Part shown: one piece after another, positions 7,848 through 16,097 of the stretch | How positions within the stretch are numbered: the stretch's first letter is position 1 | Layout of the letters: every line of letters begins with the position of its first letter | Virus record (IMG/VR): IMGVR_UViG_2703718798_000010 | Location: 1-20,193 of that record | Length of the DNA stretch: 20,193 bases | Source: a virus | Lineage: Duplodnaviria > Heunggongvirae > Uroviricota > Caudoviricetes | Strand: one strand, 5' to 3' | The notes under the pieces: generated by a model | The model's database searches: none | What the model saw: only the letters and a program-made list of their open reading frames with translations | What the model was told of the DNA's origin: nothing | Made by a program: the position numbers and the translations under genes

Positions 7848-8885
7848 ATGGCTAATGCCTGGCTCAGATTGTGGCATGACATGCCAAATGACCCCAAGTG
7901 GCGAACGATTGCCAGGGTATCAGGACAGCCAATCGCAACAGTGATGGCAGTGTATATCCACCTTCTGGTGAGCGCGTCACGAAATGTCACGACATGTCAC
8001 GGCGTGTCACTACGTGGTCACATTGATGTCACGACGGAAGATTTAGCAAGTGCGCTTGATGTGACGGAAGACGTAATTGATTCAATTTTGCATGCAATGC
8101 AGGGGCGGGTTCTGGATGGTGACCTTATTTCCGGATGGGAAAAACGTCAGGTGCTGAAAGAGGACAATGGTAACGTTTCGCAAACGGCAAAATCCCCGGC
8201 AGAGCGCAAGAGAGCGCAGCGGGAGCGCGAAAAGCTGCGGAAATATGATGCTGATTGTCACGATGAGTCACGACGTGTCACGCATCTGTCACGACAAGTC
8301 ACGACAGATAAAGATACAGATACAGAATTAAACCCCACACATAACGCGCGCATGCGCGAGAGTGCTCCAACCGGTGAGTCGCATGGTGCGCCGTTGCAGA
8401 CAGCCGAACCTGAATACCTGGACGGCCTGAGCGAACCGATCGGGAAATTTTCGATGACTACTGTCTGGCAGCCGTCGTCGGATTTTCGACAACGGGCAGC
8501 AGTGTGGGGTATGGCTCTGCCTGAGCCGGAATTTACACCTGCAGAGCTTGCCGCATTCCGGGATTACTGGATGGCGGAGGGGAAGGTTTTCACACAGGTT
8601 CAGTGGGAGCAGAAATTTGCCCGCCACGTGCAGCACGTCAGGACACAGGTAAAACCAGTCAGCAAGGGGGTAAGCCATGCAGCATCAGGTGGCACGGCAT
8701 CACGGGCAGTTCAGGAAATCCGGGCAGCACGCGAACAGTGGGAACGAGACAACGGATTTATCAGCAACGGAAATGGCCTGGAAGCTGTGGGAGCTTATGG
8801 GGGAGGTGTATTCGAACCGCTGGACCCAGAAGAACGGGGCCGCACCTTCGAAGCTCTGGATTGCCCAGATTGGCGCGATGACTGA
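7848..8885 (+). CDS. Replication initiator, O-like; 3' end uncertain
   Basis: ATG at 7848 after GAGGTGA; two iteron arrays lie inside the reading frame as in lambda O; last ~209 nt overlap the next gene. Confidence 0.65.
   Translation: MANAWLRLWHDMPNDPKWRTIARVSGQPIATVMAVYIHLLVSASRNVTTCHGVSLRGHIDVTTEDLASALDVTEDVIDSILHAMQGRVLDGDLISGWEKRQVLKEDNGNVSQTAKSPAERKRAQREREKLRKYDADCHDESRRVTHLSRQVTTDKDTDTELNPTHNARMRESAPTGESHGAPLQTAEPEYLDGLSEPIGKFSMTTVWQPSSDFRQRAAVWGMALPEPEFTPAELAAFRDYWMAEGKVFTQVQWEQKFARHVQHVRTQVKPVSKGVSHAASGGTASRAVQEIRAAREQWERDNGFISNGNGLEAVGAYGGGVFEPLDPEERGRTFEALDCPDWRDD
7976..8032. repeat. Iteron array 1: six GTCAC(G) repeats at 10-11 bp periodicity
   Basis: GTCAC at 7976, 7986, 7996, 8006, 8017, 8028. 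Confidence 0.7.
8257..8302. repeat. Iteron array 2: five GTCACG repeats at 10-11 bp periodicity, followed by an AT-rich tract
   Basis: GTCAC at 8257, 8267, 8277, 8288, 8298; AT-rich GATACAGATACAGAATTAAA follows. Confidence 0.7.
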
Positions 8886-9339
8886 ACAGCAAATCCGGCT
8901 GGTCTGCCGTCAGTGCATGGACCGCTGCCGGGCGGGTGAAACGTGGCCCCCGGACCTGGCTGAGTTTGTTGCGCTGATTTCGGAGAGTGGGGCAAATCCA
9001 TTTGGTCTTACGGTGGATGCCGTGATGGAAGAGTACCGGCGCTGGCGCAATGAATCCTGGCGATACGACGGGAGTGATAAATACCCGTGGCCTCAGCCTG
9101 TGCTGTACCACATCTGCCTCGAAATGCGTACCAGAGGGATTGAGCGCCAGATGACGCAGGGTGAGTTAAAACGACTTGCGGAACGGCAACTGACGAAATG
9201 GGCAAAGCATGTTGGTAACGGGATGAGTGTTCCGCCAGTGCGACGACAACTGGAAGGGGCGAAACACCCGCAAGGGCCAACGCCAATTGAACGGCTGAAA
9301 CAGGAATACGAACGCCGGAAGGCAGCTGGTTTTATTTGA
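8677..9339 (+). CDS. Replication protein P-like (helicase-loader position)
   Basis: 220-aa ORF with AAGGGGG RBS; central region weakly resembles lambda P (YPW motif); no Walker A, so not DnaC-type. Confidence 0.55.
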   Translation: MQHQVARHHGQFRKSGQHANSGNETTDLSATEMAWKLWELMGEVYSNRWTQKNGAAPSKLWIAQIGAMTEQQIRLVCRQCMDRCRAGETWPPDLAEFVALISESGANPFGLTVDAVMEEYRRWRNESWRYDGSDKYPWPQPVLYHICLEMRTRGIERQMTQGELKRLAERQLTKWAKHVGNGMSVPPVRRQLEGAKHPQGPTPIERLKQEYERRKAAGFI

Positions 9340-9372
9340 GTCTGAGAAACGATTTTGTCGGAGGAAATTTTA

Positions 9373-10089
9373 ATGGAAACCGTATTTGACGCACTGAAAG
9401 CACTGAAAAGAGCCTCTTCACAGGTAGTGGCGGCCCGCCTTGGAATCAGCCGTGAAGATGCGGTCAACGAACTGTGGAAACTGAAGCGCCGCGGTGAAGC
9501 GGATAACAAGGGTTCGATGTGGTGGCTGATTCAGGCTGGTGAAAGTGAACCGGTGTCACCGGTACCGAAAGTGACAGCGCAAATGCTGACTGAGGCGATT
9601 GAACAACATGGCCCACAAACGGCGGATGAGCTGGCACTGATGTTCGGGATTACCTCCCGCCGGGCGAATTCATCGCTGGCCATGGCAATCAGCAAAGGGC
9701 GTCTGATTCGCGTGAATCAGGGTGGTAAATTTCGTTACTGCATACCGGGCGCTGATTTACCGGCAGAGCCGGAAGCTGCATCCGTAGCGGAAACCGATGG
9801 TAAAGCCTTTCCTCAGCCAGCAGGTGTTGCGTTACCAGTACAGGAAATGATGGCACAGGAAGAAATGAAAACAGAAATCGTGGAAGACATTGTGAGGTTA
9901 CAGCCATCGATCACCGAAATGAAAGCAGATGACCTGATTCTACCATCGCTGCATGTGGCTAACCGCGAGCTGCGCCGGGCGAAAAGTGATGTCCAGAAGT
10001 GGGAGCGAGTCTGTGCTGCGCTGCGGGAACTGAACAAACACAGGGATATTCTCCGGGATATTACCGCCACCAGAGAGCAGCAGCGGTGA
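9373..10089 (+). CDS. Hypothetical protein with two winged-helix-like segments
   Basis: ATG at 9373 after GGAGGA (track ORF uses an upstream TTG); segments [24 protein letters not shown] and [26 protein letters not shown]. Confidence 0.55.
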   Translation: METVFDALKALKRASSQVVAARLGISREDAVNELWKLKRRGEADNKGSMWWLIQAGESEPVSPVPKVTAQMLTEAIEQHGPQTADELALMFGITSRRANSSLAMAISKGRLIRVNQGGKFRYCIPGADLPAEPEAASVAETDGKAFPQPAGVALPVQEMMAQEEMKTEIVEDIVRLQPSITEMKADDLILPSLHVANRELRRAKSDVQKWERVCAALRELNKHRDILRDITATREQQR

Positions 10090-10403
10090 GTGGCTGGAAG
10101 AAGTGGCGCTGGGCTGAAATCCTGATACTCCGGCAGTGTGCGGGAACGATGAGAGTCGAAAGCATCGGTTATCTGATTGGTCGTAGTGAGTCAGCCGTCA
10201 GGACGAAAGCGCGGGAACTGGGTATCAGCATGATTTTACGGGGTGATTTTCACCCGTCGGCAAAATATTCACAGCGTGATATTGAGCTGGCGCGGCAACT
10301 GCATCAGCGTGGCGTACCCCGACGGGAAATTGCCGAAAAGTTTGGGATGAAGTTGGGCGCAGTGAATAACTACGTTTATTTCGACAGGAGGGTTCAGGAG
10401 TGA
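10086..10403 (+). CDS. Hypothetical HTH protein (tandem GcrA-N-like helix-turn-helix segments)
   Basis: GTG start overlapping upstream stop (GTGA); ATG alternative at 10148. Confidence 0.45.
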   Translation: MSGWKKWRWAEILILRQCAGTMRVESIGYLIGRSESAVRTKARELGISMILRGDFHPSAKYSQRDIELARQLHQRGVPRREIAEKFGMKLGAVNNYVYFDRRVQE

Positions 10404-10702
10404 GGGTGAGGATTTATATCGCCGGTCCGATGACGGGATATGAAAATTTCAACCGCGAGGCGTTTCACAGGGCGGAAGATGCGCTGAAACGGGAAGGGCA
10501 TACCGTTTTAAACCCGGCAGTACTTCCGGACGGGCTGACTCAACCACACTACATGGATATTTGCATGGCAATGCTCCGTTGCGTGGATGCGGTTTACATG
10601 CTGAAAGGCTGGCAGCAGTCGGCAGGTGCAAGGGCTGAGCTGGCACTGGCGGAGAAACTGGGCCATGCGGTGATTTTTCAGGAGGTGGGCAGTGAATATT
10701 GA
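10400..10702 (+). CDS. DUF4406-like protein (nucleoside 2-deoxyribosyltransferase-like fold)
   Basis: 100 aa starting [13 protein letters not shown]; GTG start overlapping upstream stop, GGAGG RBS. Confidence 0.7.
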   Translation: MRVRIYIAGPMTGYENFNREAFHRAEDALKREGHTVLNPAVLPDGLTQPHYMDICMAMLRCVDAVYMLKGWQQSAGARAELALAEKLGHAVIFQEVGSEY

Positions 10703-10910
10703 CCCGGCGATAACGATTGATATGGCCCTGAACACCGGCCTAGCACTTCTTGGTTATCTCTACATCATGTTCTGCAGCGGACGATGGCTGTCACTGTTGT
10801 TCAAAAATGGAATAAACGCCGTAAGCAGGAGCAACGCCAGAAGGCAATGGATGCATTTTTCGAAGCCTTCGGGATTGACAGCATGGAACCAGGGGATCCA
10901 GCTCGCGTAA
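10692..10910 (+). CDS. Small membrane protein, possibly frameshifted
   Basis: 72-aa ORF with hydrophobic N-terminal half; GTG start overlapping upstream gene; see finding on the alternative frame 10784-10942. Confidence 0.35.
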   Translation: MNIDPAITIDMALNTGLALLGYLYIMFCSGRWLSLLFKNGINAVSRSNARRQWMHFSKPSGLTAWNQGIQLA

Positions 10911-10958
10911 TTAGCAGAGGTGACGTTGTAATTCTTGTATAACGGAATGAAGAGAAAA

Positions 10959-11507
10959 ATGAGCGAGATTAACTATCAGGTACTGCGTGAAAAGGCAGAG
11001 AAAGCAACTAAAGGAAGCTACATCGTAGGGCATACATCTGTTAACCAACACGGCAATTTAACAGGAGTTTTTGTTTGTCAAAAATGGAAAGGAGAACCCG
11101 GTGGCGTGATTGCGGAATGTCATATTAACTGCCTGATTGAAACAGATGCTCAGGCTTATGCAAACGCTGAATTCATAGCAGAGGCTAACCCGGCTACCGT
11201 GCTGGCACTACTGGATGAACGGGAAAGGAACCAGCAATACATCAAACGCCGCGACCAGGAGAACGAGGATATTGCGCTAACGGTAGGGAAGCTGCGCGTT
11301 GAGCTTGAAGCAGAAAAACAGCGGGCAAAAGTTCTATTTATGGAAAATGCTCGGCTTAAGTCAGGCATAGCCGGTCTGATACACCTCGGTATTCGATATG
11401 CAGATGTTGAGGTCATGAAAATTGCTGGAGATGCCCAGCTTTCTACCCCATGCACTGACAGCATCATAAACAGCATTGCAACGGGCATTCGCATCAAAGG
11501 AGAGTGA
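10959..11507 (+). CDS. Ead/Ea22-like family protein
   Basis: ANPATVLALLDERE motif typical of Ead/Ea22-like prophage proteins as I recall them; start choice among 10947 and 10959 uncertain. Confidence 0.55.
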   Translation: MSEINYQVLREKAEKATKGSYIVGHTSVNQHGNLTGVFVCQKWKGEPGGVIAECHINCLIETDAQAYANAEFIAEANPATVLALLDERERNQQYIKRRDQENEDIALTVGKLRVELEAEKQRAKVLFMENARLKSGIAGLIHLGIRYADVEVMKIAGDAQLSTPCTDSIINSIATGIRIKGE

Positions 11508-11508
11508 T

Positions 11509-11700
11509 ATGAACGGACAAATCTCAATTGTTCGACCGGGAGCATGTGACGATCGCGAGATACGAATGATTATTCGTCTGGCGATGGGGAGAACAATAAC
11601 AGCTCTCATTACTCCAGAAAATCTCGCATTAGCTTTAACCGGAAAGTCAGAACTGCCAGTGGAGCTAAAACTGCGAAATGTTGAGATTAAGGTGAAATAG
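11509..11700 (+). CDS. Hypothetical small protein
   Basis: 63-aa ORF with AAGGAGAG RBS, start 2 nt after the upstream stop. Confidence 0.5.
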   Translation: MNGQISIVRPGACDDREIRMIIRLAMGRTITALITPENLALALTGKSELPVELKLRNVEIKVK

Positions 11701-11702
11701 CT

Positions 11703-12503
11703 ATGACCACTATTACCAAAGAACGTATTGAATTGTTCATTAAAAATCCGCTTGAAAACGGGCTTACTCGTGGCGAACAAATGGAACTGGCACGAATTGC
11801 ACTGGCATCACTGGAACGCGAACAGATTCGCCACGAGCATGCCAAATGGTCTGACTCCACATTTGGCTGCGTTGGCCCCATTGGTCCACTGAAACACCTC
11901 TCAAAAGAGGCACTGGAAGCCGCAGCCGAACCAGACGATCTTAGCGAGTGGGCTGATATGCAGTTTCTGTTGTGGGATGCACAGCGCCGTGCTGGCATCA
12001 GCGATGCTGAAATTACCGCTGCTATGGAAGATAAATTGAAGATCAACATGGAGCGCCAGTGGCCTGAGCCAAAAGATGGTGAGCCTCGCTTGCACATTAA
12101 AGAACCCGGCAACTCTCCGGTAATTCCGGATGGTTTATCCACGGTATGCGCTGAGGCTTATCAGGTTGTAGGAGTTATGGCAGATGCGCTTGGTGTATTC
12201 GGTGATGCAGCAGTACAGAAAGTTCTGGATAACCTGTCACAGCAAAAACTTGTTCACAGAGATGTGCTGCCGTTCTCGCTTCCGGTAACTCCGGATGGTT
12301 GGATAAGCTGTAGTGAGCGAATGCCGGATGATGGTCAGCACGTAATTATTTTATGTGATGGCGCATTCGTTCTTTATGCGCAATATCGAGACGGTGAGTT
12401 TTTTGATGTAGTCCGTAATGGTGATGAATTTTTCGAAACACAGAGCCGCAATGTAACCGACTGGATGCCGTTACCAGAACCGCCGCAGGAGGTGCGCCAA
12501 TGA
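11703..12503 (+). CDS. DUF550/DUF551-like protein (MazG-like dATP/dGTP pyrophosphohydrolase N-domain plus C-terminal DUF551)
   Basis: 266 aa with AAGGTGA RBS; C-terminal RMPDDGQ...DWMPLPEPP resembles DUF551. Confidence 0.65.
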   Translation: MTTITKERIELFIKNPLENGLTRGEQMELARIALASLEREQIRHEHAKWSDSTFGCVGPIGPLKHLSKEALEAAAEPDDLSEWADMQFLLWDAQRRAGISDAEITAAMEDKLKINMERQWPEPKDGEPRLHIKEPGNSPVIPDGLSTVCAEAYQVVGVMADALGVFGDAAVQKVLDNLSQQKLVHRDVLPFSLPVTPDGWISCSERMPDDGQHVIILCDGAFVLYAQYRDGEFFDVVRNGDEFFETQSRNVTDWMPLPEPPQEVRQ

Positions 12504-12583
12504 TCTGGCCTGAAGCATTTGCAATTACAGGCGTTGCTATGGCTATCGCTTTTTTAGTATATGTTATTTGTCGGTGTGGGTAA
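12500..12583 (+). CDS. Putative 27-aa hydrophobic peptide
   Basis: ATG overlaps upstream stop (ATGA) with GGAGG 8 nt upstream; peptide MIWPEAFAITGVAMAIAFLVYVICRCG. Confidence 0.3.
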   Translation: MIWPEAFAITGVAMAIAFLVYVICRCG

Positions 12584-12968
12584 AAGCGTTCGCCGGGATT
12601 AACACCAAAGGAGGGAATGTGTCGGATGATATCTCACTGGCAATGGAAGGTGCGCTGGCTGTTATTGCTGTTGTGGGTGTTTACTGCCTGGTTGTGTTTT
12701 TGATGGATCGACTAGGGAACTGAATTCATTACGATATGGGAATTCCCATATCGGGTAAAAACGGTTTGCGGTAAAGCGAGAGTTAAGTAGAATTGCTGCG
12801 GGTGCTTGAGGCTGTCTGCCTCGGGCATGCCACCGTAAGGCAGACAGATAAAAGCCCCAGTTAACATTATGCGTCTTGCAGGACGCTTAACATTAATCTG
12901 AGGCCAATTTCATGCTAGTCACATGTAGGTTAGCCTCTTACACGCCGAAAGGCAAGGAGAAGCAGGCT

Positions 12969-13124
12969 ATGAAGCAGCAAAAGGCGATGTTAGTCGCCCT
13001 GATCGTCATCTGTATTACCGTCATTGTGACGGCACTGGTAACGAGGAAAGACCTCTGCGAGGTACGAATCCGAACCGGCCAGACGGAGGTCACTGTCTTC
13101 ACAGCTTACGAACCTGAGGAGTAA
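12969..13124 (+). CDS. hok: Hok/Gef-family type I toxin; in-frame mok-like extension from 12912
   Basis: MKQQKAMLVALIVICITVIVTALVTRKDLCEVRIRTGQTEVTVFTAYEPEE closely matches HokC/Gef as I recall it; the 70-aa upstream-extended frame resembles MokC. Confidence 0.8.
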   Translation: MKQQKAMLVALIVICITVIVTALVTRKDLCEVRIRTGQTEVTVFTAYEPEE

Positions 13125-13194
13125 GAGACCTGGCGAGGGAGAAATCCCTCGCCACCTCTGATGAGTCAGGCATCCTCAACGCACCCGCACTTAA

Positions 13195-13219
13195 CCCGCT
13201 TCGGCGGGTTTTGTTTTTT
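13195..13219 (+). terminator. Rho-independent terminator of the hok transcript
   Basis: CCCGC-TTCG-GCGGG hairpin followed by TTTTGTTTTTT. Confidence 0.75.
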
Positions 13220-13291
13220 CCTGGCATTCTGGTTTACAATTCGCACGCCAGCCTGAACAACTGGCACCTGCTGCGCCAGCAGAGACAACCG

Positions 13292-13570
13292 ATGGCGCAC
13301 GATACCAAATTATACAATTCTGATAATTCAGCCGTCTTTGCCAGCAGGCACGGGCGGCGTTCTCATGCATTCAAATCTGACAGGTTACAGCACGCCCCAT
13401 GCACTGAAGAACAGGCCGAATGGCTGATTCAGAACTACCGCAGACGTGGGTATGAGTTTAGGAAAACCCTCAGCCTCGATTATCGTCACTGGATAATCTC
13501 CGTCAGGCTTCCTTACTCTGAACGCCCACCGCGTCCGTCCCGCACATTCCAGCAACGCATCTGGAGGTAA
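13292..13570 (+). CDS. Hypothetical protein
   Basis: ORF with first ATG at 13292 (track start is TTG inside the hok terminator); weak RBS. Confidence 0.35.
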   Translation: MAHDTKLYNSDNSAVFASRHGRRSHAFKSDRLQHAPCTEEQAEWLIQNYRRRGYEFRKTLSLDYRHWIISVRLPYSERPPRPSRTFQQRIWR

Positions 13571-13571
13571 C

Positions 13572-14618
13572 GTGCGGGTATTACTTCGACCTGTTCTGGT
13601 ACCGGAACTCGGGCTGGTGATCGTTAAGCCGGGCCGTGAATCCATGCCGGTATTCCACAATACCCGGGTACTGGTGGAGCCGGAACCGAAAAGCATGCGT
13701 AATCTGCCGTCCGGAGTCGTTCCTGCCGTTCGACAGCCGCTGGCAGAGGATAAAACATTACTGCCATTTTTCAGCAACGAACGGGTGATTCGTGCTGCGG
13801 GTGGCGCTGGTGCACTGTCTGACTGGTTATTACGTCACGTGAAATCCTGCCAGTGGCCACACGGTGATTATCATCACAGTGAAACCGTCATACATCGTTA
13901 CGGTACCGGCGCGATGGTGTTGTGCTGGCACTGCGACAACCAGCTGCGTGACCAGACTTCCGAATCACTCGGGCAACTTGCTCACCAAAACCTGTCAGCA
14001 TGGATGATTGACGTCATACGCCATGCAATGAATGGCACGCAGGAGCGGGAATTATCGCTGGCTGAATTATCCTGGTGGGCTGCCTGCAATCAGGTGGCGG
14101 ACGCGCTACCGGAGGCAGTATTGCGTCGTTCGCTGGGATTACGTGCGGAAAAAATCCGCCCGGTGTACCGCGAAAGCGACATCATACCGGGAGAACCGAC
14201 CGCCACCAGCATACTGAAGCAGCGCACAAAAAATCTTGCGCCGCTGCCTCACGCCCACCAGCAAAACCCGCCACAGGAAAAGACGGTGGTCAGCATTGCT
14301 GTTGATCCGGAGTCTCCGGAATCTTTAATGAAGCGACCTAAACGTCGCCGTTGGGTAAATGAGAAATATACGCGCTGGGTAAAGACACAGCCGTGTGCGT
14401 GTTGTGGTAAGCCTGCTGACGATCCGCATCACCTGATTGGTCATGGTCAGGGGGGAATGGGGACAAAGGCCCACGATATTTTCACGCTACCGTTGTGCCG
14501 GGAGCACCACAACGAACTTCATGCAGACCCGCTGGAGTTTGAGAAAAAGTACGGCTCTCAGATTGAGTTAATTTTTCGTTTTCTTGATCACGCCTTTGCG
14601 ACTGGCGTGCTCGGGTAA
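13572..14618 (+). CDS. DUF968-like protein (Qin YdfU-like)
   Basis: 348 aa; Cys/His-rich C-terminal motif CACCGKPADDPHHLIGHGQGG...CREHHNELH; GTG start after GGAGG. Confidence 0.65.
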   Translation: MRVLLRPVLVPELGLVIVKPGRESMPVFHNTRVLVEPEPKSMRNLPSGVVPAVRQPLAEDKTLLPFFSNERVIRAAGGAGALSDWLLRHVKSCQWPHGDYHHSETVIHRYGTGAMVLCWHCDNQLRDQTSESLGQLAHQNLSAWMIDVIRHAMNGTQERELSLAELSWWAACNQVADALPEAVLRRSLGLRAEKIRPVYRESDIIPGEPTATSILKQRTKNLAPLPHAHQQNPPQEKTVVSIAVDPESPESLMKRPKRRRWVNEKYTRWVKTQPCACCGKPADDPHHLIGHGQGGMGTKAHDIFTLPLCREHHNELHADPLEFEKKYGSQIELIFRFLDHAFATGVLG

Positions 14619-14630
14619 AAGAGGTGACTG

Positions 14631-14993
14631 ATGCTCATAGATTTGGTTTTACCTTACCCGCCGACGGTGAACACTTACTGGCGACGCCGTGGCAGCACAT
14701 ATTTTGTATCAAAAGCCGGGGAGCGTTATCGCCGGGCAGTGGTGCTTATTGTTCGCCAGCAGCGACTGAAATTAAGCCTGTCCGGACGGCTGGCAATAAA
14801 AATTATTGCAGAGCCACCGGATAAGCGTCGTCGTGACCTGGACAATATTCTGAAAGCACCACTGGATGCGCTGACGCACGTGGGGTTGTTAATGGACGAT
14901 GAGCAGTTTGATGAAATCAATATTGTACGTGGCCAGCCAGTATCTGGTGGACGGCTGGAGATAAGAATTACAGAGGTGGGTGTGCATGAATAA
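14631..14993 (+). CDS. rusA: Holliday junction resolvase RusA
   Basis: 120 aa; DKRRRDLDNILKAPLDALT and GGRLEIRITE match RusA catalytic motifs; GAGGTGA RBS. Confidence 0.85.
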   Translation: MLIDLVLPYPPTVNTYWRRRGSTYFVSKAGERYRRAVVLIVRQQRLKLSLSGRLAIKIIAEPPDKRRRDLDNILKAPLDALTHVGLLMDDEQFDEINIVRGQPVSGGRLEIRITEVGVHE

Positions 14994-15675
14994 CCAGTAT
15001 TTACAGTTTGTTCGTGAGCAACTCATGATTGCCACTGCAGATCTCAGTGGGTCGACAAAATGCCAGCTGGAAGCCTGGCAGGAAAATGCCCTGTTCGATA
15101 CAGGGCGTTACAGACGCAAAAAAATTCGTTACCGCGATGAGGTAACCGGAAAAATGATCACGCGGGATAATCCCCCGATCCAGGGTAAACAATCACTGGC
15201 GAAAGGCTCATCAATTGCGCTGGTCAGTCCTGTTGAGTTTGCAACATCATCGTGGCGGCGTGCCGTTCTGGAACTGGAAGAACATCAGAAGGCGTGGTTG
15301 TTGTGGTGTTATGGCGGAAACATTTGCTGGGAGCATCAGATCGCGATAACGCAGTGGGTGTGGAGTGAATTTAAAACTCAGTCCGGCTCCAGAAAAATTG
15401 CAGTGAAAACGCTGGAGCGTGTGAAGAAGTTGATCTGGCTGGCGGCACAGGATGTCAGAGGATGGGTTACCGGGTGTGAGGTCTACCAGAGACAGGAGCT
15501 TGCCAGACTGTGTGGAGTTAAGCCTGATAACTGGAGCCATAATTATGCGAACTACTGGCGTGAGATGTGCGATATTTTTAAGCGCCTCGATAGAGAATCC
15601 TTGATTTGCTCCGTGAAAATAAGAGCGCAACAAAAAGCGACCTTTTCACGACGAGATATTGCAAAAGTCAATTAA
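14986..15675 (+). CDS. Putative late-gene antiterminator Q
   Basis: 230-aa ORF directly after rusA and directly before a strong terminator, the canonical Q position; call is positional, sequence family not verified. Confidence 0.55.
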   Translation: MNNQYLQFVREQLMIATADLSGSTKCQLEAWQENALFDTGRYRRKKIRYRDEVTGKMITRDNPPIQGKQSLAKGSSIALVSPVEFATSSWRRAVLELEEHQKAWLLWCYGGNICWEHQIAITQWVWSEFKTQSGSRKIAVKTLERVKKLIWLAAQDVRGWVTGCEVYQRQELARLCGVKPDNWSHNYANYWREMCDIFKRLDRESLICSVKIRAQQKATFSRRDIAKVN

Positions 15676-15735
15676 ATCGCGTATGTTTCGTATAAATCTG
15701 ATATTTTGCCGATTTTGTACGTGATGGCAAAGTAA

Positions 15736-15765
15736 GAAAAAACCACCGCCAGGTGGTTTTTTTTA
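15736..15765 (+). terminator. Strong bidirectional intrinsic terminator (tR'-like)
   Basis: 7-bp stem AACCACC/GGTGGTT with GCCA loop, A-run upstream and T9 downstream. Confidence 0.75.
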
Positions 15766-15888
15766 TGTCCGAAAATCGCGTCAGTACAGTAAACGCGCTG
15801 GTGGCGGTGAATACCTGTCTTTCAGCTTGCTGGCTTTTTCGACAAGAGTTATTGGTGTGTCACGTTAACCGGAAAAGGGAAAAAGACA

Positions 15889-16097
15889 TGCTGAAACAGC
15901 AGGATATGACCGAAACCGCCAGAGTGGTGTTTAATGAATTAAGTGCCACCGAACCGGCGACAGTCGGGGAGATTGCGCAGAATACTTACCTTTCACGTGA
16001 ACGCTGCCAGTTANNNNNNNNNNNNNNNNNNNNNNNNNNNNNNNNNNGCAAAAGCAGAATGAGCCTATCAGAGACAGGCTTAATGATCCATGCTTAG
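15889..16097 (+). CDS. Small putative winged-helix protein, interrupted by the assembly gap
   Basis: ATG at 15889; frame continuity across the N-run cannot be verified. Confidence 0.3.
16014..16047. other. Assembly gap (34 N)
   Basis: Run of N in the sequence. Confidence 1.

Noticed and set aside
7976-8302. Possible CRISPR array suggested by regularly spaced GTCACG repeats
   Set aside because: The repeats are 5-6 bp at 10-11 bp spacing inside a replication initiator gene; that pattern is iterons, not 28-37 bp repeats with unique spacers.
8328-9509. Minus-strand ORFs of 92-138 aa antisense to the O-like and P-like genes
   Set aside because: Antisense to genes supported by iterons and RBSs; translations are Pro/Arg/Ser-rich.
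11156-12142. Minus-strand ORFs of 129-151 aa antisense to the Ea22-like and DUF550/551-like genes
   Set aside because: Ser/Ala-rich low-complexity translations antisense to better-supported genes with RBSs.
16014-16047. N-run as a possible biological feature
   Set aside because: An unresolved assembly gap; it only limits interpretation of the flanking small ORF and the methyltransferase N-terminus.
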